Program-made: the position numbers and the translations under genes
In this document: piece after piece, positions 9,960 through 19,111 of the stretch
Layout: every line of letters begins with the position of its first letter
How positions within the stretch are numbered: the stretch's first letter is position 1
Source: an uncultured Chloroflexia bacterium
GTDB taxonomy: Bacteria; Chloroflexota; Limnocylindria; Limnocylindrales; CSP1-4
Length of the DNA: 64,000 bases
NCBI GenBank assembly: GCA_963721545.1
Contig: CAVRKB010000012.1
Coordinates: forward strand, 31,409-95,408
Direction of reading: 5' to 3'
Notes under the pieces: model-generated
What the model was told of the DNA's origin: nothing
The model's database searches: none
The model's input: the letters and a program-made list of their open reading frames with translations, nothing else

Positions 9960-10017
9960 GCAGCCCGAGCGAGAGCCGCAGCCGACCGAGCGAGATCCGG
10001 CCGCGCCCCACCCGGCC

Positions 10018-10638
10018 ATGATGGACGAGCCGTTCCCGCGCGGACCCGACGGCCGCTCGACCGACCTGCCCTCCGGCCGCGGCGTCCCGCCGTGGCTCGC
10101 CGAATCGCTCAATTTCTGCTCGCGCTGTGGCTCGGCGCTGCGCTTCGGGATGGTTCCAGGCGAGGATCGCGAGCGGCTCGCCTGCGAATCGTGCGGGCAC
10201 GTCGCCTACGTCAACCCTCGGCTCGTCGTCACGACCCTGCCGATCACCGACGCCGGGGAGATCGTGCTGATCCGCCGTGGCATCGAGCCGGGCAAGGGAA
10301 CCTGGGCGCAGCCGGGCGGCTTCCTCGAGGTCGACGAGACGGTCAACCAGGCGGCTGTCCGCGAGACGTGGGAGGAGACCGGCCTCCTCGTAGAGCCGGG
10401 CGACATCGTCGGCCTCTACACGCGCCTCGAGGCGTCGGTCGTCACGATCGCATTCGAGGCCAGGATCGTCGGCGGGACGGCGTCGCCGACGATCGAGGCG
10501 ACCGAGGTGACGCCGTTCGCCCCCGAAGACCTGCCGTGGGCCGGCATCCAGTTCAAGACGACGATGTGGGCGCTCCACGACTGGCTGGAGCGGCGGCGGC
10601 CCGACCTCGAGCCACCCTGGTTCAACTCAGGTCGATGA
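10018..10638 (+). CDS. NUDIX hydrolase with N-terminal zinc ribbon (NudC-like)
   Basis: CSRCGSAL...CESCGH zinc ribbon followed by the Nudix box GGFLEVDETVNQAAVRETWEETGL. Confidence 0.8.
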   Translation: MMDEPFPRGPDGRSTDLPSGRGVPPWLAESLNFCSRCGSALRFGMVPGEDRERLACESCGHVAYVNPRLVVTTLPITDAGEIVLIRRGIEPGKGTWAQPGGFLEVDETVNQAAVRETWEETGLLVEPGDIVGLYTRLEASVVTIAFEARIVGGTASPTIEATEVTPFAPEDLPWAGIQFKTTMWALHDWLERRRPDLEPPWFNSGR

Positions 10639-12100
10639 ACACGTTCTTGGTCTCGGTGTACAGCTCGAGCGCCGACATCCCGAGCTCGCGCCCGATCCCC
10701 GACATCTTGTAGCCGCCGAACGGCGCCTCGGTGTGGACCGAGCTGTTCGAGTTGACGCTGATCACGCCGGCCTGCAGCCCCTTGGCCGTCCGCAGCGCCC
10801 GCCCGATGTCGCGGCTCCAGATCGAACCCGACAGCCCGTACGGCGTGGCGTTGGCGAGGCGCAGCGCCTCCTCCTCGGTGTCGAACGGGATGACCGACAC
10901 GACCGGGCCGAAGATCTCCTCGCGCGCGATCCGCATCTCGTTCGACACGCCGTCGAACACGGTGGGCATGAGGTACGCACCGTCGGCTAGCGCCGGATCG
11001 GTCGGCGCCTCGCCACCGAGGACCAGCGTGGCGCCCTCGGCCAGCCCGATCTCGATGTAGTCGCGCACGCGATCGCGCTGCTTGAAGCTGACCAGGCTGC
11101 CGACCTCCGTCGCGTCGTCGGCCGGGTCGCCGACCTTCATGGTCCGCGTCGCCTCGGCGAACAGCTCGACGACCCGCTCGTGGGCCGACCGCTCGACGAG
11201 GATCCGGCTCCGCGCGCAGCAGTCCTGGCCCGCGTTGTCGAACACCGAATAGGGCGATTCGCGGGCGAACTTCTCGAGGTCCGCGTCGGCGAACACGATG
11301 TTGGGGCTCTTGCCACCCAGCTCGAGCGAGATCTTCTTCACGTTGTTCGAGGCCAGCCGCATGATCTCCTGGCCGGTCGTCGTCTCGCCCGTGAAGGCGA
11401 CCTTGCCGATGCCCGCGTGCCCGGCGATCGCGGCGCCGGCGGAGCCGCCCGGTCCGGTCACCACGTTGAGCACGCCGGGCGGGATCCCGGCCTCGAGCGC
11501 CAGCTCCCCGAGCCGGATCGCCGTCAACGGCGAGTAGCTGGCCGGCTTGAGGATCGCGGTGTTGCCGGCGGCCAGCGCCGGGGCCACCTTCCACGAGGCC
11601 ATCAGCAGCGGGAAGTTCCAGGGCACGATCAGCCCGACCACGCCGATCGGCTCGCGCAGCGTCAGGTCGAGCCCGGGCTTCGACACCGGGATCGTCTGGC
11701 CGAAGAGCTTGTTGGCGGCGCCGGCGTAGTAGTCGAACACGAGGCTGGCGCCGGTGATCTCGCCGCGGGCGCCCGTGATCGGCTTGCCCACGTTGCGGCT
11801 CTCGAGCTGGGCGAGCTCCTCGGTGTTCGCCTTGAGCAGCGCCGCGAACTTGGCCAGCGTCCGGCCGCGCTTGCCGGCCGCCCAGGTCGCCCAGCCCTTG
11901 CGCTCGTCGAACGCGCGCTGGGCCGCCTCCACCGCGCGGTCGACGTCGGCCGGCCCACCGAGCGGCGCGGTCGCGATCACGGCGCCGGTCGCCGGATTGA
12001 CGACGTCGAACGTCTCCCCATCGAGCGCGTCCACGGACTCGCCGCCGATGACCATCCGGGCGGTCGTCGGGTCGGCGGAAGCGGTGGTCGGCGTGGTCAT
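10622..12100 (-). CDS. NAD(P)-dependent aldehyde dehydrogenase
   Basis: ELGGKSP, FDNAGQDCCA catalytic Cys, VPWNFPLLMASWK and GTTTGQEIM motifs. ATG at 12098-12100 with a GGAGG RBS. The 726-aa ORF-track entry is a 5' read-through. Confidence 0.9.
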   Translation of the reverse strand: MTTPTTASADPTTARMVIGGESVDALDGETFDVVNPATGAVIATAPLGGPADVDRAVEAAQRAFDERKGWATWAAGKRGRTLAKFAALLKANTEELAQLESRNVGKPITGARGEITGASLVFDYYAGAANKLFGQTIPVSKPGLDLTLREPIGVVGLIVPWNFPLLMASWKVAPALAAGNTAILKPASYSPLTAIRLGELALEAGIPPGVLNVVTGPGGSAGAAIAGHAGIGKVAFTGETTTGQEIMRLASNNVKKISLELGGKSPNIVFADADLEKFARESPYSVFDNAGQDCCARSRILVERSAHERVVELFAEATRTMKVGDPADDATEVGSLVSFKQRDRVRDYIEIGLAEGATLVLGGEAPTDPALADGAYLMPTVFDGVSNEMRIAREEIFGPVVSVIPFDTEEEALRLANATPYGLSGSIWSRDIGRALRTAKGLQAGVISVNSNSSVHTEAPFGGYKMSGIGRELGMSALELYTETKNVFIDLS

Positions 12101-12222
12101 CGTGGGCCTCCGGGTGTGAACGAACGGCGCTGGGCGCCGGCAGGTGTGGGCCCTCGATGATACGCCCGGCGCCCGGGCGGCCCTCTCGGAGCGCCGCCGA
12201 TCGGTGACCCGCGGCGCGACCC

Positions 12223-13098
12223 TCAGCTCTTGGCGTCGCCCTCCGCCACGGGCTCCGGGGCCGCGGCGATGGAGGCCAGCACGGTCTCGAACGAGACGGC
12301 CTGTGCGACGTGCGACGACCCGGACGCGACGATCGCCGCGCCGATGATCCCGGCATCGTTGCGCAGCTGGGCCGGGACGACGGGACAGCGCACGGTCAGG
12401 CGCGGGATGAACTTGTCGGCGCTCTTGCTGACGCCGCCGCCGAGGATCATCAGGTTCGGCCACGTCAGCTGCTGGATGCGGTCGAGGTGCTCGTCCAGGT
12501 CGGCCGCCCAGGCCTTCCACGACAAGCCGCGCTTGACCCGCGCGGCGGCAGCCGAGCGGCGCTCGGCGGGCCGGCCGCGGATCTCCATCTGGCCGAACTC
12601 GGTGTTCGGGACGAGGATCCCGTCGACGAACACGCCGGACCCGACGCCGGTCCCGAGGGTCAGGAAGATGACCACGCCGGGCTGGTCCCGACCAACGCCG
12701 AAGCGCATCTCGGCGATCCCCGCCGCGTCGGCGTCGTTGATGATCGAGGTCGGCCGCCCGACGACACGGGCCACCCGCTCGACGACCGGGAAGTCGATCC
12801 ACCCGGCGTCGATGTTCGCGGCGGACTTCAGCACGCCGTCGATCGTGACGCCGGGCAGCCCGATGCCGATCGGCGTGGCGTCGCCGAGCCCGCTCGACTT
12901 GGCCAGGCGTTTGACCAGCCGCGCGACCGAGGCCAGGACGGCGTCGGGCGTCGAGGGGCTCGGCGTCGCCACCCGGATCCGCTCCGAGCGGAAACGCCCG
13001 GCCTCGACGTCCACCACGGCCGCCTTGATCCCGCTCCCGCCGATGTCGATGCCGATCGCGATCCGGCCGCTGGCCATGTCCGGCGTCTCCTCCGTCAT
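12223..13098 (-). CDS. ppgK: polyphosphate glucokinase (ROK family)
   Basis: IGIDIGGSGIKAAVVD, LGTGVGSGVF and ROK/PPGK core motifs. GGAGG RBS 5 nt upstream of ATG 13098. Confidence 0.8.
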   Translation of the reverse strand: MTEETPDMASGRIAIGIDIGGSGIKAAVVDVEAGRFRSERIRVATPSPSTPDAVLASVARLVKRLAKSSGLGDATPIGIGLPGVTIDGVLKSAANIDAGWIDFPVVERVARVVGRPTSIINDADAAGIAEMRFGVGRDQPGVVIFLTLGTGVGSGVFVDGILVPNTEFGQMEIRGRPAERRSAAAARVKRGLSWKAWAADLDEHLDRIQQLTWPNLMILGGGVSKSADKFIPRLTVRCPVVPAQLRNDAGIIGAAIVASGSSHVAQAVSFETVLASIAAAPEPVAEGDAKS

Positions 13099-13117
13099 CG
13101 ATTCCTCCGGCCTGCCC

Positions 13118-13885
13118 TCAAAAGTAGTTGACCGTGATCCCGCCATCGACGACGAGCGAGGCGCCGTTGGTCCAGCGCGATTCGTCGGATGCGAGGTAGA
13201 CGGCGAGGTGGACGATCTCCTCGGGCTTGCCGAAGCGGCCCGTGGGGTTGCGCGCGAGCCGGAGCTGCTTGGCCGCCTCGTCCTTGACCAGCCAGTCCAT
13301 CAGCAGCGGCGTCTCGACCGGTCCGGGACAGATCGCGTTGGTCCGAACCCCGTGCGGCCCGAACTGGACGGCCAGGCTGCGCGTCAGCGACAGGACGGCG
13401 CCCTTGGAGGCGGTATAGGCGTCCTGCGGCACGCTGCAGCCGAGGAGCGCCACGAAGCTCGCGATGTTGATGATCGACCCGCCGCCGCCATCGATCATCG
13501 CCGGGATGGCGTACTTGCAGCCGAGGAACACGCCACGGACGTTGACCGCCATGACGGCATCCCAGGTGGCCACGTCGGTGTCGGTCACCGAGTGGTCCGC
13601 TTCGGGCATCACCCCGGCGTTGTTGTACAGGCAGTCGACCTTGCCGTAGGTCGCCAGGGCGTGATCGACCATCGCCTTGGCATCGGCCTCCTGCGATACG
13701 TCGGCCCGCACGAAGGTCGCCTCGCCGCCGGCCTGGCGGACGAGCTCCACGGTCTCGATGCCGGCTGCCTCGCCGTACTCGGCGACCACGATGCGCGCCC
13801 CCTGGGCTGCGAACAGCTGGGCGGCCACCCGGCCCATCCCGCCACCGGCGCCGGTGATGATCGTGACCTTGTCCTGCAGCCGCAT
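13118..13885 (-). CDS. SDR-family oxidoreductase
   Basis: TGAGGGMG Rossmann motif, NNAG, catalytic S...YTASK. Confidence 0.85.
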   Translation of the reverse strand: MRLQDKVTIITGAGGGMGRVAAQLFAAQGARIVVAEYGEAAGIETVELVRQAGGEATFVRADVSQEADAKAMVDHALATYGKVDCLYNNAGVMPEADHSVTDTDVATWDAVMAVNVRGVFLGCKYAIPAMIDGGGGSIINIASFVALLGCSVPQDAYTASKGAVLSLTRSLAVQFGPHGVRTNAICPGPVETPLLMDWLVKDEAAKQLRLARNPTGRFGKPEEIVHLAVYLASDESRWTNGASLVVDGGITVNYF

Positions 13886-13942
13886 GCCCGCTCCCTCATC
13901 CATCCGTGGCGCGGATGCCAGAGTAGCGCGATGCGGCCCCGT

Positions 13943-14380
13943 TCACGACCTCGCTTCGAGCATTCCCTCGATGATCGAAGCCGCTTGATCGAGGCGGCGA
14001 CGCTCCTTGGGCGTGAGCGGGCCGAGCATCCCCTCCAGCGCCGCGACGCGGCGGTCCCGGCCGGCCAGGAGGAGCGCACGCCCGGCCGGGGTCGCGCGGA
14101 CCCGGACCACGCGCCGGTCGGCCGGGTCCTCGGACCGCTCGACCAGCCCGTCCCGGACCATCGCCGCGACCAGACGTGTCATCGTCGGCGCCGTGACCCC
14201 CTCGGCCGAGGCGAGCGCCCCGATCGTCCGCGGGCCGCCGAACACCAGCACGGACAGCGCCGACAGGCGCGGCGCACTCACGCCGCTGGCCCGATCCTCC
14301 TGCGCCAGCCGGCGCAACAGGTGGAGGGACGCCGAGTGGACCCGCGCCGACAGCTCATCGGTGGTTGAACTTCGCGCCAT
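13943..14380 (-). CDS. MarR-family transcriptional regulator
   Basis: 145-aa wHTH MarR core: SAPRLSALSVLVFGGPRTIGALASAEGVTAPTMTRLVAAMVRDGLVER. TAATAT 7 nt upstream of the ATG (leaderless). Confidence 0.85.
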   Translation of the reverse strand: MARSSTTDELSARVHSASLHLLRRLAQEDRASGVSAPRLSALSVLVFGGPRTIGALASAEGVTAPTMTRLVAAMVRDGLVERSEDPADRRVVRVRATPAGRALLLAGRDRRVAALEGMLGPLTPKERRRLDQAASIIEGMLEARS

Positions 14381-14390
14381 CGACGGTATA

Positions 14391-14417
14391 TTAGTTGCTG
14401 CACCTAACGATCGTCGA
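14391..14417. promoter_or_regulatory. imperfect palindrome TTAGTTGCTGCACCTAA plus a PaaR-like half-match CTAACGATCGTCGA in the marR/ankyrin divergent promoter
   Basis: 17-bp imperfect inverted repeat overlapping the -35/-10 region of marR. The adjacent 14-mer (14404-14417) shares a 12/12 identical stretch, CCTAACGATCGT, with the paaR operator at 28406-28417. Confidence 0.35.
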
Positions 14418-14431
14418 GAGGGAATCGCCGT

Positions 14432-15103
14432 ATGGCCAGCCCCGCCGAGGACCTGATCGCCGCCGTGAACGACGACGACGCGGCACGGGTGACCGAGCTG
14501 CTCGAGACCGATCCGGCCCTCGCTGCCACCCGCAACCGGGACGGCGTGTCGGTCATCATGCTGTCGCGCTACCGCTTCGATCGCGCCACGACCGACGCCC
14601 TGCTTGCGGTCGACCCCGACCTCGACGTATTCGAGGCGACGGCGCTCGGTTACATCGATCGGCTGCGCGAGCGGTTGATGGAGGACCCGGGGCGGGCAAA
14701 GGCCTATTCGCCGGACGGCTTCACCGCCCTCCACTTCGCCGCCTTCTTCGGCAAGGCCGAGGCAGCCCGCACGCTGATCGACGCCGGCGCGGGGGTCGAC
14801 GTGTACTCGGTCAACGAGCTCCAGGTGCAGCCGCTCCACAGCGCGGCGTCGGGCCGCCATCTCGAGGTCTGCCGGCTGCTGATCGCGGCCGGCGCGGACG
14901 TCAACGCGACCCAGCGCCACGAGTTCACGCCGCTCCACGCCGCGGCGCAGCACGGTGACGTCGAGCTGGTCGAGCTGTTGCTGTCTGCGGGTGCGGACCC
15001 GACCGCCCTGACCGAGAGCGGCGATGCGCCCGCCGACACCGCCCAGGCGGCAGGTCACGTGGACGTCGCGCGGCGGCTCCGCGAGGTCGCGGCCGCGCGC
15101 TAG
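14432..15103 (+). CDS. ankyrin-repeat protein
   Basis: Four or five ANK repeats (G-TALH-AA--G, TPLHAAAQHGDVELVELLLSAGAD). Confidence 0.8.
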   Translation: MASPAEDLIAAVNDDDAARVTELLETDPALAATRNRDGVSVIMLSRYRFDRATTDALLAVDPDLDVFEATALGYIDRLRERLMEDPGRAKAYSPDGFTALHFAAFFGKAEAARTLIDAGAGVDVYSVNELQVQPLHSAASGRHLEVCRLLIAAGADVNATQRHEFTPLHAAAQHGDVELVELLLSAGADPTALTESGDAPADTAQAAGHVDVARRLREVAAAR

Positions 15104-15110
15104 GGCCGGG

Positions 15111-16514
15111 TCAACCGCGCTCGAGGTAGCGTTCGCGCTCCCAGGCGTGGACCACCGAGTCGTAGGCCTCCTGCTCAACGCGGGCGGCGTTGAGGTAGTG
15201 GTCGACGACGTCCTGGCCGAAGATCTCGACCGCGGCCTCGGATCGCTCGAGCTCCGCGATCGCCTCGTACAGCGCGCGCGGCATGCGCTTGACGCCGGTC
15301 GCCAGGTAGCCGTTGCCCTTGAACTCGGGGTCGAGCGCCAGCCCGTGCTCGATGCCGTAGAGCCCCGCCCCGATCATCGCGGCGTAGGTCAGGTAGGCGT
15401 TCATGTCGCCGCCGGGGAAGCGGTCCTCGACGTGCAGCGACGGGCCGCGGCCGACGAGCCGGAAGCCGGTCGTCCGGTTGTCACGACCCCACACCACGTT
15501 GACCGGGGCCCACGACAGCGACGCGTAGCGCTTGTACGAGTTGATGAACGGCGCGACGAACACGGCCAGCTCGCGCGACAGGTGCATCATCCCCGCCATG
15601 AACTGCTGGCCGACCTCGGACAGGCCGTATGGGCCGGCCGGCTCCCCCTCGGCAGCGGCCATCAGCGGGCGGTCATCCGGATCCCACAGGCTCATGTGGA
15701 GGTGGCCCGACGAGCCGGTCCAGTGGTGGTCCGGCTTGGCCATGAAGGTGATCCCCCAGCCGTTGAGGTAGGCGATCTCCTTGGCGCCGTGCTTGAACAC
15801 GACGCTCCGGTCGGCCGATTCGAGGACATGGTCGTAGCGGATGTTGACCTCGTGCTGGCCGCGGGCCGCCTCGCCCTTGCTGAACTCGATCGGCACGTCC
15901 GCGGCGGTCATCTGGTTGCGCAGCAGCCGATACAGCGGCTCGGCCTTGGTCGCCTGCAGCAGGTGGTAATCCTCGTTGTAGTGGCCGAACGGCCGGGGGA
16001 CCGGCCAGCCCTGGTCGGCGAGCTCCTCCCACGAGTCGCGCAGGACGTAGAACTCGAACTCGGAGCCGGCCTTCAGGGTCAGGCCCATCGACGCCGCTCG
16101 CGCGACCTGTCGCTTGAGGACCGTCCGCGGCGCGATCGGGACCTCGTGGCCGGTCTCCTCGTCGACGACGTCGGCGAGCACCATCGCGGTTCCCGGCAGC
16201 CAGGGCAGGACGCGCAGCTGGTCCCACACGGGTTCGGCGATCCAGTCGCCGTAGCCCGTGTCCCAGTTCATCAGCTGGAAGCCCCCGGGCGTGCTCATCT
16301 CCATGTCCGTGCCGAGCAGGTAGGTGCAGAAGTGCGCTCCGTGGGCCACGACGCCGTCGAGGAACGCCTGGCCCTGGACACGCTTGCCCATCAGGCGGCC
16401 CTGCATGTCGGTGAACGCCACGACCAGCGTGTCGACCGTGCCGGCCCGGACCAGCTCCTCCAGCTCGACCAGCCGCGGATGCCGCTCGCCGGCGGCGTGA
16501 TCGTGGTCGCTCAC
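15111..16514 (-). CDS. glutamine synthetase family protein (GlnA type-I-like catalytic domain; possibly a gamma-glutamyl-amine ligase)
   Basis: GS catalytic-domain motifs: KPDHHWTGSSGHLHMSLW, NSYKRY, VVWGRDNRTTGFR. GTG start at 16512-16514 chosen from the frame. Confidence 0.85.
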   Translation of the reverse strand: MSDHDHAAGERHPRLVELEELVRAGTVDTLVVAFTDMQGRLMGKRVQGQAFLDGVVAHGAHFCTYLLGTDMEMSTPGGFQLMNWDTGYGDWIAEPVWDQLRVLPWLPGTAMVLADVVDEETGHEVPIAPRTVLKRQVARAASMGLTLKAGSEFEFYVLRDSWEELADQGWPVPRPFGHYNEDYHLLQATKAEPLYRLLRNQMTAADVPIEFSKGEAARGQHEVNIRYDHVLESADRSVVFKHGAKEIAYLNGWGITFMAKPDHHWTGSSGHLHMSLWDPDDRPLMAAAEGEPAGPYGLSEVGQQFMAGMMHLSRELAVFVAPFINSYKRYASLSWAPVNVVWGRDNRTTGFRLVGRGPSLHVEDRFPGGDMNAYLTYAAMIGAGLYGIEHGLALDPEFKGNGYLATGVKRMPRALYEAIAELERSEAAVEIFGQDVVDHYLNAARVEQEAYDSVVHAWERERYLERG

Positions 16515-16519
16515 GTCGA

Positions 16520-17302
16520 TCAGTAGAGCATCGTCGTGCCGGTCGGGAAGGCGAAGTCGAAGGCGGTCGGCTGGAGCACCGCATCCGGGGACAGCTCGAC
16601 CACCTCCGCGCGACGGGTCTCGGCGCCGCCCATCGACTCGACCAGGCGAAGCAGCACGCCGGTGTCGCGATCGGCCGCGATCGAGATGTGGAAGTCGGGC
16701 CGATCGCCGGCCAGCTCGGTCGTGCGCGGGTGGTCGCACTCGAGCAGGATCGCCTCACGCCCGCTGACGATGGCCGAGCCCGTGACCGTGCAGCGACCGG
16801 TCGCCAGCACGTTCTGGCAGTAGCCGGCAGGGTGGACGAAGGTGTCGGGCAGGGTCTCCATCGGAAGCGCCGTGACCGGCTCGTAGACGCGCGACGGACC
16901 CGGGAAGTCGGCGTCCTCGAGGCCGCGCGGGCGATTGCGGACGGGCCGCTGGGTGCCGAGGCCGTGGGCGCTCGCGTAGGTCCGGACCAGCTCCCCGTCG
17001 GACACCCAGAGCTCGTAGTCGGACTTGATCGAGACCTCGCCGTGGGTGGTCATGACCTTGGCGTCACCCGGGTGGCGGACGATGGCCTCCATCGTCGTGA
17101 GCTCCTCGCCGCGCGCGGTCTGCGCCCGTTCCTCGATCCGCAGCCGGAGGGTGCCGAAGCGCAGCTCCGCGTCGCGCATGAAGTCGAACAGCTCGGCGAC
17201 CGTCGGCAGGCCGGCATCAAGGGTCGCGACCTCGGGGAGTCGCCGTCCATCCGCCCGGGCAGGCAGGGCAGCGGCACGATCCCACAGACGCGTCTCGGTC
17301 AT
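16520..17302 (-). CDS. conserved hypothetical protein
   Basis: Intact ORF co-directional with and 5 nt upstream of the GS gene. TACAAT 7 nt upstream of ATG 17302 (leaderless). No recognisable domain. Confidence 0.5.
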   Translation of the reverse strand: MTETRLWDRAAALPARADGRRLPEVATLDAGLPTVAELFDFMRDAELRFGTLRLRIEERAQTARGEELTTMEAIVRHPGDAKVMTTHGEVSIKSDYELWVSDGELVRTYASAHGLGTQRPVRNRPRGLEDADFPGPSRVYEPVTALPMETLPDTFVHPAGYCQNVLATGRCTVTGSAIVSGREAILLECDHPRTTELAGDRPDFHISIAADRDTGVLLRLVESMGGAETRRAEVVELSPDAVLQPTAFDFAFPTGTTMLY

Positions 17303-17358
17303 CGCGCGGATTGTAGCCGCCGGGTTGGTGGCGCGACGCATCGCCGGGGCCTGGGGGC

Positions 17359-17387
17359 TTGACAGGGCCTGCCCGTGCCGCTATATA
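17359..17387 (+). promoter_or_regulatory. sigma-70-type promoter for sodC (TTGACA-17-TATATA)
   Basis: Consensus -35 TTGACA (17359-17364), 17-nt spacer, -10 TATATA (17382-17387). This is an AT-rich island in 72% GC DNA, 57 nt upstream of the sodC ATG. Confidence 0.5.
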
Positions 17388-17402
17388 TCGTGTCACGATA
17401 TA
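17384..17402. promoter_or_regulatory. perfect 19-bp palindrome TATATCGTGTCACGATATA overlapping the sodC -10/TSS (candidate repressor operator, possibly PadR)
   Basis: Nine-bp arms around a central T. Followed by a degenerate second copy, GTGTCGTGATAGATCAGCACAC. Confidence 0.45.
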
Positions 17403-17443
17403 GCGTGTCGTGATAGATCAGCACACGATTGAGAGGGACCCAG

Positions 17444-17998
17444 ATGCCCACCACCCGCCGCTCCGTCGCCATCGTCGCCGGCCCCGTCCTCGCCGTGCTC
17501 ATCGCGGCCTCCGTGGTCGCCGGCCCGCCGGCACCGAACCACGCCAGCGCCACGTTCGTCGATGCGTCGGGGGCCGTCGTCGGCTGGGTCGGGCTGACCG
17601 AGGATCGCGCGGGGGACGTCCACGTCAATGCCCACGTCAAGGGCCTGTCCGCCGGGCTGCACGGCATCCACATCCACGCCGTCGGGTCCTGCTCGCCGAC
17701 GTTCGCCGCCGCGGGTGGCCACTACAACCCGCTCGGCCACCAGCACGGCCTGGACAACCCGAACGGCCCGCATGCCGGTGACCTGCCGAACCTGATCGTC
17801 AACGAGGACGGCATCGGCCACCTCGATGCGCGAACGGACCGCGTGTCGCTGTCGGACGGCCTGGCCGGCCTGTTCGACGCCGACGGCAGCGCGTTCATCA
17901 TCCACGCCAACACGGACGACCAGGTGACCGACGCGGGGGCCAGCGGACCCGGCGGCAGCGGCGCCCGAATCGCCTGCGCGGTCGTGACCGCCGAGTGA
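17444..17998 (+). CDS. sodC: Cu/Zn superoxide dismutase
   Basis: Signal peptide, then HGIHIHAVGSC, GGHYNPLG, GPHAGDLPNL, GARIACAVV. GAGAGGGA RBS. Confidence 0.85.
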   Translation: MPTTRRSVAIVAGPVLAVLIAASVVAGPPAPNHASATFVDASGAVVGWVGLTEDRAGDVHVNAHVKGLSAGLHGIHIHAVGSCSPTFAAAGGHYNPLGHQHGLDNPNGPHAGDLPNLIVNEDGIGHLDARTDRVSLSDGLAGLFDADGSAFIIHANTDDQVTDAGASGPGGSGARIACAVVTAE

Positions 17999-18038
17999 TG
18001 CCGGCGTATGGTGGCAGGGCGTTGACAGGGGTGCTGCC

Positions 18039-18362
18039 GTGACCCAGGGCCTGACCGATCTCGGGCGGTTCGCCGAGCCGTCGCTGTTCATCCTCGTGTC
18101 GCTGTCCGAGGGGCCGAAGCACGGCTACGCGATCATGACCGACGTCGAGGCGTTCTCCGGCGTGCCGCTCGGACCCGGGACGCTGTACGGGGCGCTGGCC
18201 AGGCTCGAGTCGCGCGGGCTGATCGAGGCGCTCGAGCCCGAGGATCGGCGCCGGCCGTACCGGCTGACCGGGCTCGGCGTCACGACGCTGCAGGCGCAGC
18301 TCGACGGGCTGGCCGGGTTCGCCAAGGTCGGCCTGCAGCGGCTGCGGGAGACGTCCCGATGA
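18039..18362 (+). CDS. PadR-family transcriptional regulator
   Basis: FILVSLSEGPKHGYAIMTDV...GTLYGALARLESRGLIE PadR wHTH. GTG start. Confidence 0.85.
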   Translation: MTQGLTDLGRFAEPSLFILVSLSEGPKHGYAIMTDVEAFSGVPLGPGTLYGALARLESRGLIEALEPEDRRRPYRLTGLGVTTLQAQLDGLAGFAKVGLQRLRETSR

Positions 18363-19111
18363 CACGCCTGATCGCGCTCTACCCGCGGACCTGGCGGGAT
18401 CGATATGAGGACGAGTTCCTCGCCCTGCTCAACGAGCGCGCGCCGGATCCGCTCGATCGCCTCGACATCGTGCGCGGCGCGATCGACGCCAGAATTCATC
18501 CACAGGTCAAGGGGTCACCGGTCGCGCCCGAGCCGCCCGTCGTCCTTGGCCCGTGGCCGGCTCGTGCCGGCTGGTTGACGCTTCTTGGCGGCGTGCTCTG
18601 GCTCGCCGCGTTCCTGGTCGTGGTGAACTCGCCGATGATCGTCGACCAATGGGGGACCTACCGAGATACAACGACGGCCGTGCCCCTGTTCTTCGGCGCG
18701 GTCATGCTGCTTGGGGTCGGGATGATTGCCGTCGTCCTCCAGCTGCCGACGGCGGCGCGCGCCGCGCGCGCCGCGACGTACATCGGTTCGATGGCGGGGT
18801 TGCTGTGGGCGCTCGCTCCCTGGTTCCTGTGGGCCGGGGCGGTCGCGTTCGGCGGACTGCTCGTCGTCGCCGTTGCCGCCTGGCGTGCCGGACGGTGGTC
18901 GTCGGTCGAGCTCGGGATCCTGGCGGCGGGCATCTGCACCGGATGGCTCCCGATCCTGGCGTTCATGGTCGGTGCGTGGAGACCGTCGGCGGCGGACCCC
19001 GACCTCCAGTTCCTGATCCTGGGGTCGCTCGTCTCGGTGTGGCTCGTCGTCGGCGCCTCGCTCGTGCGCGCGCCTCGCCCGCACGCCGCGCCACCGCCGA
19101 CGGTTGCCTGA
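18359..19111 (+). CDS. PadR-associated membrane protein (N-terminal LYPRxWRxRYxDEF cytoplasmic module plus 4-5 TM helices)
   Basis: ATGA overlap with padR. N-terminal MTRLIALYPRTWRDRYEDEFLALL motif, then hydrophobic helices. A paralogue lies at 19788-20466. Confidence 0.6.
   Translation: MTRLIALYPRTWRDRYEDEFLALLNERAPDPLDRLDIVRGAIDARIHPQVKGSPVAPEPPVVLGPWPARAGWLTLLGGVLWLAAFLVVVNSPMIVDQWGTYRDTTTAVPLFFGAVMLLGVGMIAVVLQLPTAARAARAATYIGSMAGLLWALAPWFLWAGAVAFGGLLVVAVAAWRAGRWSSVELGILAAGICTGWLPILAFMVGAWRPSAADPDLQFLILGSLVSVWLVVGASLVRAPRPHAAPPPTVA

Noticed and set aside
10622-12802. 726-aa version of the aldehyde dehydrogenase ORF
   Set aside because: The first 234 residues are Arg-rich nonsense upstream of a clear ATG with a GGAGG RBS at 12100. 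They also overlap the ppgK 3' region on the same strand.
15024-16526. 500-aa plus-strand ORF
   Set aside because: Antisense to the strongly supported GlnA-family gene. No domain signal.
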